Positions 1-9,262 of a stretch of DNA of 64,000 nt are shown here, piece by piece; within the stretch, counting starts at the first letter, position 1; every line of letters begins with the position of its first letter. The stretch is from a bacterium. Its GTDB lineage: Bacteria; Patescibacteriota; Minisyncoccia; Phycocordibacterales; JAKAEA01. Made by a program: the position numbers and the translations under genes. The notes under the pieces are model-generated. The model made no database searches. It was not told the DNA's origin and saw nothing but the letters and a program-made list of their open reading frames with translations. The stretch is from the NCBI GenBank assembly GCA_021785065.1, contig JAJYGQ010000003.1, positions 2,470 to 66,469 of the forward strand, given 5' to 3'.

Positions 1-1
1 T

Positions 2-199
2 AGTCGGCCCAATGTGTGCGTTTCCGATATTGCCAAACGTCTCCATGTCCCCATTGCCACCGTGTCTCACCACCTTCGGGTGCTGGCCAGGGTGGGGATA
101 GTCAAAGCACAGCGAGAGGGAAAAGAGGTATGCTATATGTTCAACGTTACCAGTCGTACGCGTGACCTTAAAAAATTTATTTGTAAGTATAAAAAATAA
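2..199 (+). CDS. ArsR/SmtB-family transcriptional regulator (5' partial)
   Basis: CVSDIA..LHVPIATVSHHLRVL..GIVKAQREGKEVCY winged-HTH pattern; frame open to the window start. Confidence 0.85.
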   Translation, partial: SRPNVCVSDIAKRLHVPIATVSHHLRVLARVGIVKAQREGKEVCYMFNVTSRTRDLKKFICKYKK

Positions 200-204
200 A
201 ATGT

Positions 205-540
205 ATGTCAAAAGTTATTAATGCAACACAAGAAGATTTTAAAAAAGTAGTCTTAGAATCAACCACGCCGGTACTTGTCGACTTTTGGGCGCCGTGGTGC
301 GGACCGTGTCGGATGATGGCGCCGGTTCTCGATGAACTTTCCGTTGACTTGGCGGATAAACTTAAGATTGTGAAGGTAAATATTGAGGAGGCGGAAAATC
401 GCGCCCTTGCCCAGCAGTATCAGATCATGAGCATTCCTAATATGAAATTATTTGAAAAGGGAAGTGCGGTGCACGATTTTGTAGGGTTTCGTCCTAAAGA
501 AACACTACAAACGGAACTCAAGCAGTTTATTGCTGCGTAA
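205..540 (+). CDS. trxA: Thioredoxin
   Basis: VDFWAPWCGPCRMMAP active site, SIP cis-Pro motif, 111 aa. Confidence 0.95.
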   Translation: MSKVINATQEDFKKVVLESTTPVLVDFWAPWCGPCRMMAPVLDELSVDLADKLKIVKVNIEEAENRALAQQYQIMSIPNMKLFEKGSAVHDFVGFRPKETLQTELKQFIAA

Positions 541-578
541 GCGCCTGCTGTTTCAAAAAGCTGTGTTAGAATAACAGA

Positions 579-1052
579 GTGAATACTCGTCGTTTTCAAG
601 TGGTAAGTTTATTTATTCTCCGTCTCGTTATCGGCGTCTATTTTCTAAATTTTGGTCTCTCGGCGATGTGGACGCGAGGTTGGTCGCTCGCCGCACTCAT
701 CTCAGGTGGGCAAACTTTTACGGCCTTCTATCAAGGACTGGTCGCGTCATCGCTCTTGCCGCTTGTGGCACTTGTCGTGAAGATTGGTTTTCTTATTATT
801 GGCATAGCTCTTTTGGCCGGTATTTTTGTGCGCATTTCGTCATTGGTTGGTATCGTGCTCATGCTTTTTCTTTATTTTCCTACGCTCGCTTTTCCGTATG
901 TATGTGGTACGGGATCAACGGGGGTTTTGTGTGGTGATCCATCTCTGTATTTAGTAAACAATTACCTACTCGTCGCGGCCGCCCTCTTCATTCTCTTTAC
1001 ATTTAAAGCAGGAAAACATTTTAGCTTGGGAAGCATGTTCCACTTCTTTTAA
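579..1052 (+). CDS. DoxX-family membrane protein
   Basis: LRLVIG..F N-terminal motif, IGIALLAGIFVR motif, four hydrophobic segments, Cys pair in a loop. Confidence 0.75.
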   Translation: MNTRRFQVVSLFILRLVIGVYFLNFGLSAMWTRGWSLAALISGGQTFTAFYQGLVASSLLPLVALVVKIGFLIIGIALLAGIFVRISSLVGIVLMLFLYFPTLAFPYVCGTGSTGVLCGDPSLYLVNNYLLVAAALFILFTFKAGKHFSLGSMFHFF

Positions 1053-1127
1053 TATTTCCTATTTTTCTATATAGTATAGGCAAACTATGAGCGATTTCAC
1101 TCGTAGTATAGATGAGTAATATTTTTC

Positions 1128-2045
1128 ATGCATAAGGTTCGCATTACAATATACATGAGTGTGCTCGGGCTTCTGTTAGCGGGAGCAATTATGGCTCATT
1201 TTGAAGGTACGTCGATTGAAGACGTGCTCGCCTATGCTATTTTACTAAGTCATCCCGCCAGTTTTTCTTCGGCGCCACTTTCTACTTCGACGGTATCAAC
1301 TGAAGTGATGGCTACGAGTACTACAGCTACTACCAGCCCGTTTGTTTTTAGTAATACTACTGATAAGTCAAATATTATTTCTGCGACAGCAATTATTGAT
1401 CTCACTAATATGGAACGTGCAACGGTAGCAAACCTGCCGCCGCTCAAAGAAAATGTGTTACTTGATGCGGCGGCAGAAATGAAGTTAAACGATATGTTTA
1501 ACAACCAATACTTTGCTCACATATCGCCAAGTGGGGTGGGGCCGGGCGACTTGGCTTTGAAGGCTGGTTATAATTATGTGGTAGAGGGAGAAAATTTAGC
1601 AGAAGGAGATTTTACTAGTGCAACAAATCTTTTAAATGCGTGGATGGCGAGTCCGGGTCATCGGGCAAATATTCTTAATGTCCGCTACATAAATATCGGT
1701 GTGGCGGTGCGCCAGGGTATGTATCAGGGGCAGGAGGTGTGGATGGCGGTGCAGGAATTTGGTAAACCACTTTCTTCATGTCCAGTTATTAGTGCGGTCC
1801 TGCATCAGGAAATCATTACCAACCAAACCAAAGCAACAAGCCTTAGTCAACAGCTCAATACTATTAAACAAGAGCTCATGACTACGGCTACCGGCACTCC
1901 CGAAGAGAATAGTGTCTATAATCAAATTGCCCAGGATTATAATGGTGATGTGACTATTTATAATGCTGTGGTGGCCCGTCTTAAAGTAGAGATTCCCACG
2001 TATAATGACGAAGTGCAGGCATTTAATGCTTGCGTTAATAGTTAG
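1128..2045 (+). CDS. CAP (SCP/YkwD) domain secreted protein with C-terminal coiled coil
   Basis: YFAHISP, GENLA, WMASPGHRANIL, IGVAV motifs. Confidence 0.9.
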   Translation: MHKVRITIYMSVLGLLLAGAIMAHFEGTSIEDVLAYAILLSHPASFSSAPLSTSTVSTEVMATSTTATTSPFVFSNTTDKSNIISATAIIDLTNMERATVANLPPLKENVLLDAAAEMKLNDMFNNQYFAHISPSGVGPGDLALKAGYNYVVEGENLAEGDFTSATNLLNAWMASPGHRANILNVRYINIGVAVRQGMYQGQEVWMAVQEFGKPLSSCPVISAVLHQEIITNQTKATSLSQQLNTIKQELMTTATGTPEENSVYNQIAQDYNGDVTIYNAVVARLKVEIPTYNDEVQAFNACVNS

Positions 2046-2066
2046 CTCGTGTAAGAATCTTATCGT

Positions 2067-2528
2067 ATGCAAAATAAAACTATTATTGTCTTTATTATTA
2101 TTTTGGTTGTTATTGTGGTGGGTATCGTAGCACTTACGAGTCTCAAACCAAGCGGGCCTAACTTAACTGCGTTCGCGCAGTGTATTGCAAAGAGTGGCGC
2201 TAAGTTTTACGGCGCGTTTTGGTGTCCGCATTGTGCAGCACAAAAGCAACTTTTTGGTGCCGCGGTTTCTTCGTTACCCTATGTCGAATGTTCAACGCCT
2301 GATGCTAACGGGCAAACAAAAGTATGTATTAATGAGGGAATAAAAGAGTACCCCACATGGATTTTTGCCGATGGAACTCGCGAGAGTGGCGTGCTGACGC
2401 TTGCTCAATTATCGGCAAAAACAGGCTGTGCGTTGCCGCAGGCGGCATCATCTACTGCTCCCGCGACGTCGCTCGGGATTGGACAGGCGACTATTGTTGG
2501 ATCTTCCACCTCGACCACAACTCCATAG
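2067..2528 (+). CDS. Membrane-anchored thioredoxin-like protein (resembles the VKOR-associated Trx domain)
   Basis: N-terminal TM; FYGAFWCPHC..QKQLFG, YVEC, C...GI.EYPTW. Confidence 0.8.
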   Translation: MQNKTIIVFIIILVVIVVGIVALTSLKPSGPNLTAFAQCIAKSGAKFYGAFWCPHCAAQKQLFGAAVSSLPYVECSTPDANGQTKVCINEGIKEYPTWIFADGTRESGVLTLAQLSAKTGCALPQAASSTAPATSLGIGQATIVGSSTSTTTP

Positions 2529-2554
2529 TGCCATTACTATAAAAATATCACGAC

Positions 2555-3154
2555 GTGATAAATTTCATTATAACTTTCTTTTCGCTCAGTACGCTCGTCG
2601 TCGATATAGCCATTGTGCTTTTTGTGGTGTGGTTGGGAGTGTGGTATCTAGGGTGGCGTTGGAATAGGGGAATGCAAGAATCTTCTCAAGCAGTTGATGC
2701 TCGAGTAGTTGAGCCGTTTCGTCCACTTGTGCGCTGGGTGAGCATTAATGCTGTGGGAATTGGTTTAATCGTCAGTGTACTTGCTGTTGTAGGCAGCCTC
2801 TTTTTCTCAAATGTTGTTGGTTTTGCTCCTTGTGAGCTTTGTTGGTGGCAACGAATTTGTATCTATCCGCAAGTAGTTATTTTTGCGTTGGCATTTTTCT
2901 ATGAATGTCGCGGTAAAGCTTTAGGGCCGGTATTTTCTATAAGCGGCGTGCTCTCATTGATTGCATTTGCCATTGGTGCCGTCCAATACTATAGCGCAAC
3001 ATTTAATACGAGTATTTTAGCAGCGTGCAGTGCGACGGGAGTTTCGTGTACAAAAACTTATTTTGTACAATTTGGGTATATCACTATTCCTATGATGTCA
3101 GTAACGTTGGCGGCTATACTACTTAGTATTGTTGCTGCACGTCGCTTCTCGTAA
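2555..3154 (+). CDS. dsbB: Disulfide bond formation protein, DsbB/BdbC family
   Basis: GSLFFS..GFAPCELCWWQRICIYP, second Cys pair, FGYITIPMMS. Confidence 0.85.
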   Translation: MINFIITFFSLSTLVVDIAIVLFVVWLGVWYLGWRWNRGMQESSQAVDARVVEPFRPLVRWVSINAVGIGLIVSVLAVVGSLFFSNVVGFAPCELCWWQRICIYPQVVIFALAFFYECRGKALGPVFSISGVLSLIAFAIGAVQYYSATFNTSILAACSATGVSCTKTYFVQFGYITIPMMSVTLAAILLSIVAARRFS

Positions 3155-3158
3155 TGTA

Positions 3159-3776
3159 ATGTCGTTACTGCTTTCTTTTATTTTGACCTTTGGTTACGTC
3201 GGTATTTTTATTGTCCTTTTTGCTGAGTCGGGATTTTTTTTAGGATTTTTCTTTCCGGGTGATTCATTACTTTTTACCGTTGGCTTGTTGGCGAGTGCCG
3301 GCCACCTCAGTCTCGCGGTCCTCCTGCCGGTGGCGGCGCTCGCCGCCATCTCTGGCGACTCATTTGGCTACTGGACCGGCGCGCGTCTCGGACGGTATTT
3401 TCTAGAACGTCATACTGGCCGGTTTCTCAAGCAGCGTTATCTCGACGACACCGAGAAATTCTTTGCTCGGTATGGTCGGGTGGCGGTGTTTCTTGCTCGT
3501 TTCATTCCCATTATCAGAACTTTTACCCCCATTTTCGCCGGTATTGGTGAAATGAACTACGGTATTTTTGTCATATATAATATTGTTGGTGGCTTATTTT
3601 GGACGGCTGGCTTACTGGTCCTTTCCTACTACCTTGGTCACATCTCGTTCGTACGGCACTACACATCATTTATTATTGCCGGTATCATAGTTGTATCACT
3701 CATTCCCGTTGCTCTCAGTTGGTTTCGAGTTTGGCGTCAGTACAAGCAAAAAAATCAATCACATGGACAACAATAA
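3159..3776 (+). CDS. DedA/VTT-domain membrane protein
   Basis: FAESG..GFFFPGDSLLF, GDS.GYW.G, ARFIPIIRTF; ATG at 3159 chosen over upstream TTG. Confidence 0.9.
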   Translation: MSLLLSFILTFGYVGIFIVLFAESGFFLGFFFPGDSLLFTVGLLASAGHLSLAVLLPVAALAAISGDSFGYWTGARLGRYFLERHTGRFLKQRYLDDTEKFFARYGRVAVFLARFIPIIRTFTPIFAGIGEMNYGIFVIYNIVGGLFWTAGLLVLSYYLGHISFVRHYTSFIIAGIIVVSLIPVALSWFRVWRQYKQKNQSHGQQ

Positions 3777-4263
3777 CGCTCCTCAAAAATCGACCCGGGC
3801 TATTATATGGACAATAATTATTGTTCTTGTTGTAGTGGCGGCTATTTTTGCGGTACTGGTTAGTACGGGGGTACTTACTATTAACCATTCGTCGCCGGCC
3901 GCGCCAACAATCTCTCATTCTGTCTCAATGCCGAAGCAGGTTGCCACGCCATCTGCCCAAGCGAAACTTTCTCAGTGTCAAAGTGAGCTTGTAGCTCAGG
4001 CGAAAGCGAGTGCTGGCTCTATTGCTACAAATACTATTTTAGTAGTATTTACGCCAACGACGAGTTATAGTGCAGCGCAAAATATTTTAGCCTCTCTCGG
4101 CGCTTCGAGTACTGCCGTGGTAATGCCGAGCGTGTACGCGCGCAATCATCTCATTCAAGCGTCAGTGCTTTCTACCGATGAAATTTTAGATATTTGCACC
4201 CTTCGAGCAACTTCGACCGTACATTATGCAGGTTTCGACCAGCTTTTTTCATTACACCCATAA
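3763..4263 (+). CDS. Hypothetical single-TM exported protein
   Basis: N-terminal TM helix, overlaps the DedA stop, fits the operon; no family recognised. Confidence 0.6.
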   Translation: MDNNNAPQKSTRAIIWTIIIVLVVVAAIFAVLVSTGVLTINHSSPAAPTISHSVSMPKQVATPSAQAKLSQCQSELVAQAKASAGSIATNTILVVFTPTTSYSAAQNILASLGASSTAVVMPSVYARNHLIQASVLSTDEILDICTLRATSTVHYAGFDQLFSLHP

Positions 4264-4285
4264 TTTTTCTTAATCTATAAAAAAT

Positions 4286-5557
4286 ATGGACGAACAACAA
4301 AATATTCCCTCTCAAAATTTACCAACCAAACCACGTCAGCCTTTTTTCACACCTCGATTTTGGGCGATACTAGGTAGTAATGCCCTCGTAACGCTTATTA
4401 TTTTAGGCGCTATTGCCGGTATACTCTATGCTAAACGCGCCGCTATTGAAAACTATATTCATCCAGCTGCTACACCGCTTTCTCTAGCACAGGGCCATGA
4501 TCAAGCGGTGATAGCCGCTGTAAAAGAGGCTAATCCCGCGGTGGTTTCAATTATTATCACCAAGAATGTGCCGATAATGAAAGAGTATATACAAAATGAA
4601 CAAATTCCCAGTCCGTTTGGACTTTTTGGCAACGGCAGTTTCTCTATTCAGGTGCCGCAATACTATCAAGATGGCACACAACAACAACAAGTAGGTGGCG
4701 GATCAGGATTTTTTGTCTCATCTAATGGTCTTATCGTGACCAACGATCACGTGGTGTCCGATCCTAATGCCCAGTACACGGTCTATACCAATGATGGCCA
4801 GGAGCATACCGCTAAAGTAATAGCGCAAGACGCAACCGACGACATTGCATTTCTTAAAATTTCGGGTACTGGCTATCCGTATCTTACTTTCGATAATTCA
4901 AGCGCGTTGCAGCTTGGTCAGAGCGTGATCGCTATTGGTAATGCACTCGGTCAGTTTCGTAATACTGTTTCTGTGGGAGTTGTGTCCGGTCTCTCTCGTT
5001 CTATTGTGGCTGGTGATGTTGTTACTGGTGGCACGGAGTCATTGCCGCAAGTGATTCAAACTGATGCCGCTATCAACCCCGGTAATTCCGGCGGCCCACT
5101 TCTCGATCTTTTGGGTAAAGTGGTTGGTGTTAACGTCGCGGTAGCGCAGGGTTCGCAGGGTATTGGTTTTGCTCTTCCAGGAAATATGATCAAAGAAGCG
5201 GTGGCTTCGGTAGAAGCAAATGGTACGATAACCTTCCCGTTTCTTGGTGTGCGCTATATACCGATTACACCAACAGTGGCAAAAGATAAAAAACTTTCTG
5301 TAACCTATGGGGCCTTAATTGCCGCGGGAAGTGGTACGAGTCAACCGGCCGTTGTTGTTGGTTCGCCGGCGGCTAAAGCTGGTTTAGTAGCTGGTGATAT
5401 CATCTTAGATTTTAATGGTACGAAGTTGACTAATGACAATAATCTTACCGATCTCGTGCGGGCGCAAAAAGTTGGCGCTGTTGCGACCTTGACGGTGTTG
5501 CATAATGGCAAGCAAGAAACTGTTACAGTAACGCTCGGTAAAAAAGTAGAACACTAA
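4286..5557 (+). CDS. htrA: HtrA/DegP-family serine protease with one PDZ domain
   Basis: GSGF, TNDHVV, DIA, IQTDAAINPGNSGGPL triad motifs; C-terminal PDZ (GSPAAKAGL..GDII). Confidence 0.95.
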   Translation: MDEQQNIPSQNLPTKPRQPFFTPRFWAILGSNALVTLIILGAIAGILYAKRAAIENYIHPAATPLSLAQGHDQAVIAAVKEANPAVVSIIITKNVPIMKEYIQNEQIPSPFGLFGNGSFSIQVPQYYQDGTQQQQVGGGSGFFVSSNGLIVTNDHVVSDPNAQYTVYTNDGQEHTAKVIAQDATDDIAFLKISGTGYPYLTFDNSSALQLGQSVIAIGNALGQFRNTVSVGVVSGLSRSIVAGDVVTGGTESLPQVIQTDAAINPGNSGGPLLDLLGKVVGVNVAVAQGSQGIGFALPGNMIKEAVASVEANGTITFPFLGVRYIPITPTVAKDKKLSVTYGALIAAGSGTSQPAVVVGSPAAKAGLVAGDIILDFNGTKLTNDNNLTDLVRAQKVGAVATLTVLHNGKQETVTVTLGKKVEH

Positions 5558-5593
5558 TTTTTGTGGTGAATTGTATATACTAGGTATATTGCT

Positions 5594-6457
5594 ATGGATA
5601 CACAGATAGTAAGTACATCAACTCAGGATGATTATGAACTCATCGATAGTGGGGAGGGAGAGAAGCTGGAACGGTTTGGAGAAATTGTGTTAGCTCGGCC
5701 AGATCCGCAGGCGCTCTGGCCGAAACGTTTGACTGCGGAGTGGGATCGTGCCACTGGTATTTTTAATGCCCACGAGCGTCAGTGGAAATTGAAAGCGGGT
5801 ATACCGCGGCAGTGGCCAATTACCTTTGCAGGTGCAAAATTTTTAATTCGGCCATCGGCCTTTAAGCACACAGGTCTCTTTCCTGAGCAGCGACCCAACT
5901 GGGAATGGATTTCGGAGAATATAAACGCGGCCGGTAAGCGCGATGTTTCCGTTTTGAATTTATTTGGCTATACCGGTGGAGCGACGCTCGCGGCGGCGCG
6001 AGCGGGTGCTGAGGTAACGCACCTTGATGGTTCGCGAGCGGCTATTGGGTGGGCGCGCGAGAATGCTGCCCTTTCCGATCTTGCTCGCGCCCCCATCCGC
6101 TGGATTCTTGATGATGCGCGAAGTTTTGTGCGGCGAGAAATTCGGCGTGGGCGACGCTACGACGGCATCATTCTCGACCCACCGGCATTTGGCCGCGGCC
6201 CGAAAGGGGAGGTTTGGAAAATTGAGGACGATTTTTTACAATTACTCGACTTGTGTCGCCAAGCTCTGTCTCCGCAGCCGCTATTCTTTTTGGTGAATGG
6301 CTATGCTGCCGGCTACTCGGCGATTTCTTATGCGAATGCTGTGGCTGGGTTGTTCCCGGATGGCACTATTACAGCGGGGGAGTTAGCCCTTACCGAATCG
6401 GGGCCAGCCGGCCGGCTCTTGCCGGCCGGCATCTTTAGTCGAGTATCGTGGCTATAA
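5594..6457 (+). CDS. Class I SAM-dependent methyltransferase (RlmI/RlmK-like)
   Basis: FKHTGLFPEQ, VLNLFGYTGG, YDGIILDPPAFG. Confidence 0.85.
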   Translation: MDTQIVSTSTQDDYELIDSGEGEKLERFGEIVLARPDPQALWPKRLTAEWDRATGIFNAHERQWKLKAGIPRQWPITFAGAKFLIRPSAFKHTGLFPEQRPNWEWISENINAAGKRDVSVLNLFGYTGGATLAAARAGAEVTHLDGSRAAIGWARENAALSDLARAPIRWILDDARSFVRREIRRGRRYDGIILDPPAFGRGPKGEVWKIEDDFLQLLDLCRQALSPQPLFFLVNGYAAGYSAISYANAVAGLFPDGTITAGELALTESGPAGRLLPAGIFSRVSWL

Positions 6458-6510
6458 GACCGGAGCATATTTTATGGTATACTACCTCCATACTAAGCTA
6501 AAGAATCATT

Positions 6511-7290
6511 ATGGAAATCTTTGCTAACAAAACTATTCGCACCGCACTCCTCATCCTGATGGTGTCTGCTTCACTTGCGCTTCTCGCTACGGCTGTCAAC
6601 TTGTTTTCTCAAGTGGGTGCACCATCTGATATTAACAAAATTCCTACCATTGCTGTTTCTGGTACTGGTAAGGCAACAGCTATTCCTGATGTCGCCGAAT
6701 TTTCTTTTACGGTAGATAAGACAGCGGCTACTGTCGCGGCAGCACAAAACGCGGCAAGCACCCTGACCAATAGAGCACTCACCACGCTTCAAAATGCTGG
6801 TGTTTCTAAAAATGATTTACAGACCACCAACTATTCTATCTCACCCCACTATACTTATAGTGCGCAACCGACAATTTGTCCTGTTGGTGGCTGCCCGCCA
6901 GTTCGCCAAGTGCTTGACGGCTATGAAGTATCCCAAACTATTAACGTAAAAGTAGAAACCGCCTCCACTACTGGCGCATTACTTCAAACGATTGGTCAGA
7001 TGGGTATTACTCAGGTGAGCGGCATTACCTTTACTGAAAATAATCCCCACACTGCCCAAGATGAGGCGCGAGCAAAAGCAATTGCTGATGCTGAGCAAAA
7101 AGCCCAAACACTAGCAAGTCAGCTCGGTGTACGTCTCGTGCGCATTGTCAGTTTCCAGGAATCAAATAATACTCCGCAGCCGATCTATCAGATGGCCACT
7201 TTTGCTACAGCCGCGTCAGCTGCCCCCTCTATTCCTACTGGTGAAAATACAGTGACTGAAAACGTTACTATTACCTACGAAATCGAGTAG
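6511..7290 (+). CDS. SIMPL (DUF541) domain protein
   Basis: IAVSGTG.A.AIPD.A, A..KAIADA.QKA..LA..LGVRL, IPTGE..V...V.ITYEI. Confidence 0.9.
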   Translation: MEIFANKTIRTALLILMVSASLALLATAVNLFSQVGAPSDINKIPTIAVSGTGKATAIPDVAEFSFTVDKTAATVAAAQNAASTLTNRALTTLQNAGVSKNDLQTTNYSISPHYTYSAQPTICPVGGCPPVRQVLDGYEVSQTINVKVETASTTGALLQTIGQMGITQVSGITFTENNPHTAQDEARAKAIADAEQKAQTLASQLGVRLVRIVSFQESNNTPQPIYQMATFATAASAAPSIPTGENTVTENVTITYEIE

Positions 7291-7293
7291 TGA

Positions 7294-7321
7294 TTGACAA
7301 TTTTTCTGAAGGTGCTACCAT
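7294..7321 (+). promoter_or_regulatory. Putative sigma70 promoter of secE-nusG-rplK
   Basis: TTGACA-16 nt-TACCAT with TG extended -10. Confidence 0.5.
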
Positions 7322-7368
7322 ATTCGCAAGCGCCCGCGGGGCGGTTTTTAATAACAAAAATAACATCT

Positions 7369-7554
7369 ATGGGACTCGGAACATTTCTTAAGGAAACACA
7401 AGCTGAATTAAAACACGTCTCCTGGTTAACGCGCCGGCAAGCTATTATCTATACCACCATTGTGATTGCTATAACACTTGGTGTTGCTGCGTATCTCGGC
7501 GCGCTCGACTATATCTTTTCCAAAGCATTGCAATTTTTATTCGCCCATTTTTAA
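7369..7554 (+). CDS. secE: Preprotein translocase subunit SecE
   Basis: FLKETQAELKHVSW.TR, one TM, directly upstream of nusG. Confidence 0.9.
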   Translation: MGLGTFLKETQAELKHVSWLTRRQAIIYTTIVIAITLGVAAYLGALDYIFSKALQFLFAHF

Positions 7555-7563
7555 ACGTTCGTT

Positions 7564-8109
7564 ATGTCAAAACAAACTATCGGTGAAGGCCGAAACTGGT
7601 ACGTTATTCACACCTATGCTGGTTATGAAAATGCCGTAGCTCGCAACCTACGTCAACGCATTGAATCGCTCAACATGCAGGATAAGATTTTTAACGTTAT
7701 CGTGCCGACGGAAAAGAAAATTAAAGTAAAAGCGGGGAAGCGTACTGAAGAAGAAGAAAAAATATATCCTGGTTACATTATGGTGGAAATGGTTGTTACT
7801 GACGATAGTTGGTATGTGGTGCGCAACACCCCGCGTGTAACCGGTTTCGTTGGCTCTGGCGTCTATCCGGTACCTATTCCTAAATCAGAAGTGGAATCGC
7901 TCTTTGCTCGTATGAATGCTGATACACCGAAGCACGCTATCAATCTCGACATTGATGACCATGTCACTATCGTCGACGGTCCCTTCAAAGAGCTTGAAGG
8001 CCGGGTTAATGAAGTTGATGAAGAACGCGGTAAAATAAAAGTGCTGGTAAATATGTTTGGTCGCGAAACACCCGTGGAATTAGACTTCTTGCAAGTAAAG
8101 AAAATTTAA
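7564..8109 (+). CDS. nusG: Transcription termination/antitermination factor NusG
   Basis: WYVIHTYAGYE, YPGYI.VEM, VRNTPRVTGFVG, KOW domain, FGRETPVEL. Confidence 0.97.
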   Translation: MSKQTIGEGRNWYVIHTYAGYENAVARNLRQRIESLNMQDKIFNVIVPTEKKIKVKAGKRTEEEEKIYPGYIMVEMVVTDDSWYVVRNTPRVTGFVGSGVYPVPIPKSEVESLFARMNADTPKHAINLDIDDHVTIVDGPFKELEGRVNEVDEERGKIKVLVNMFGRETPVELDFLQVKKI

Positions 8110-8135
8110 GGTAGGCTGCTTGAGCAACAACTATT

Positions 8136-8558
8136 ATGGCTAAAAAAATCGTTAAACAATTAAAGCTTCAAATTCCAGGCGGTAAAGCTGTTCCTGGTCA
8201 ACAGCTCGGTCCGGCACTCGGCTCGGCGGGTATTAATATCGGTGAATTCGTAAAGCGTTTTAATGATGAAACGAAGGGACGTGTTGGCGAAACGGTGCCG
8301 ACAATCGTCTCTGTCTATGATGATCGCAGCTACTCACTCGCCTATAAAGTAGAACCCGCTTCAGCCCTTATCTTGAAAGCAATGGGCAAAGAAAAAGGTT
8401 CTGGTAAACCCAATACTGCTAAAATCGGCTCCATCACCAAAGCTCAGGCAAAAGAAATTGCTGAAAAGAAAATGCCTGATCTGAACGCCGCCTCAATCGA
8501 CGCCGCGGTACGTATCATCGAAGGCCAAGCCCGCTCTATGGGCGTGGAAGTAAAATAG
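8136..8558 (+). CDS. rplK: 50S ribosomal protein uL11
   Basis: KLQIPGGKA, GPALG, INIGEF, KMPDLNA, GQARSMG. Confidence 0.95.
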   Translation: MAKKIVKQLKLQIPGGKAVPGQQLGPALGSAGINIGEFVKRFNDETKGRVGETVPTIVSVYDDRSYSLAYKVEPASALILKAMGKEKGSGKPNTAKIGSITKAQAKEIAEKKMPDLNAASIDAAVRIIEGQARSMGVEVK

Positions 8559-8659
8559 TTTTTTCTAGGAAATTTTTCAAAAATAGTTTTGACACCAGCC
8601 GCTCGCGGGTGTACAACTACAACAGAAATCACAGTTCTTTTACAAGAAAGGAGTTTTGT

Positions 8660-9175
8660 ATGGCCGGTATTGATCCCAAAGAATTGTATGAGTGGTTTCA
8701 AAGAAAAGAATCACAACTTCTACATTACGAACATCTCACGAAGCGTTCTCAGACGTATCAACCTACAGAATCACGCCTTACCCGTGTAATGCATCGAATG
8801 TTCTGGGAATCGTTTTTTTCTACCTTTCAGGATCGGTTGCCTGGTATGTGTATAGAGTGGTACAAGGACGAAAAAAAATGTTTTGGTGAGAATAAGTTTC
8901 CTTGTGTTGTTACTACACGTTATTCTGGGATATGTGATCAGGTGCATTTTTGTTTGAGAGATGATCAAATCCAAATCAATTTTGATCAGGTTGCAATCTA
9001 CGGGTTATTTGGCGGCAATCAATGGTCTCTCTGTAAACCTGAGAGCATCACCCTCTCTTTTGCTCATTGTTTGTTTAATTGTGACGAAAGGAAAATTCAC
9101 TGCCTTGCGATTGGTGGAAATAGAAAATTTTTTACTATTTTCACTGATGGTTTGTGGCTTGGTGTTTTTAAGTAA
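8660..9175 (+). CDS. Hypothetical protein (AT-rich, aromatic/Cys-rich)
   Basis: AAGGAG before ATG 8660; followed by a terminator; no family recognised. Confidence 0.55.
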   Translation: MAGIDPKELYEWFQRKESQLLHYEHLTKRSQTYQPTESRLTRVMHRMFWESFFSTFQDRLPGMCIEWYKDEKKCFGENKFPCVVTTRYSGICDQVHFCLRDDQIQINFDQVAIYGLFGGNQWSLCKPESITLSFAHCLFNCDERKIHCLAIGGNRKFFTIFTDGLWLGVFK

Positions 9176-9188
9176 TGTCCAAATTTTT

Positions 9189-9215
9189 AAAACCCCGCAT
9201 ATGGTGCGGGGTTTT
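9189..9215 (+). terminator. Intrinsic terminator
   Basis: AAAACCCCGCA-TATGG-TGCGGGGTTTT hairpin followed by T-rich run. Confidence 0.8.
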
Positions 9216-9262
9216 ACTTTTTTCGATTTATTTTTTATGATGGCGATATCGAAACATATCGT

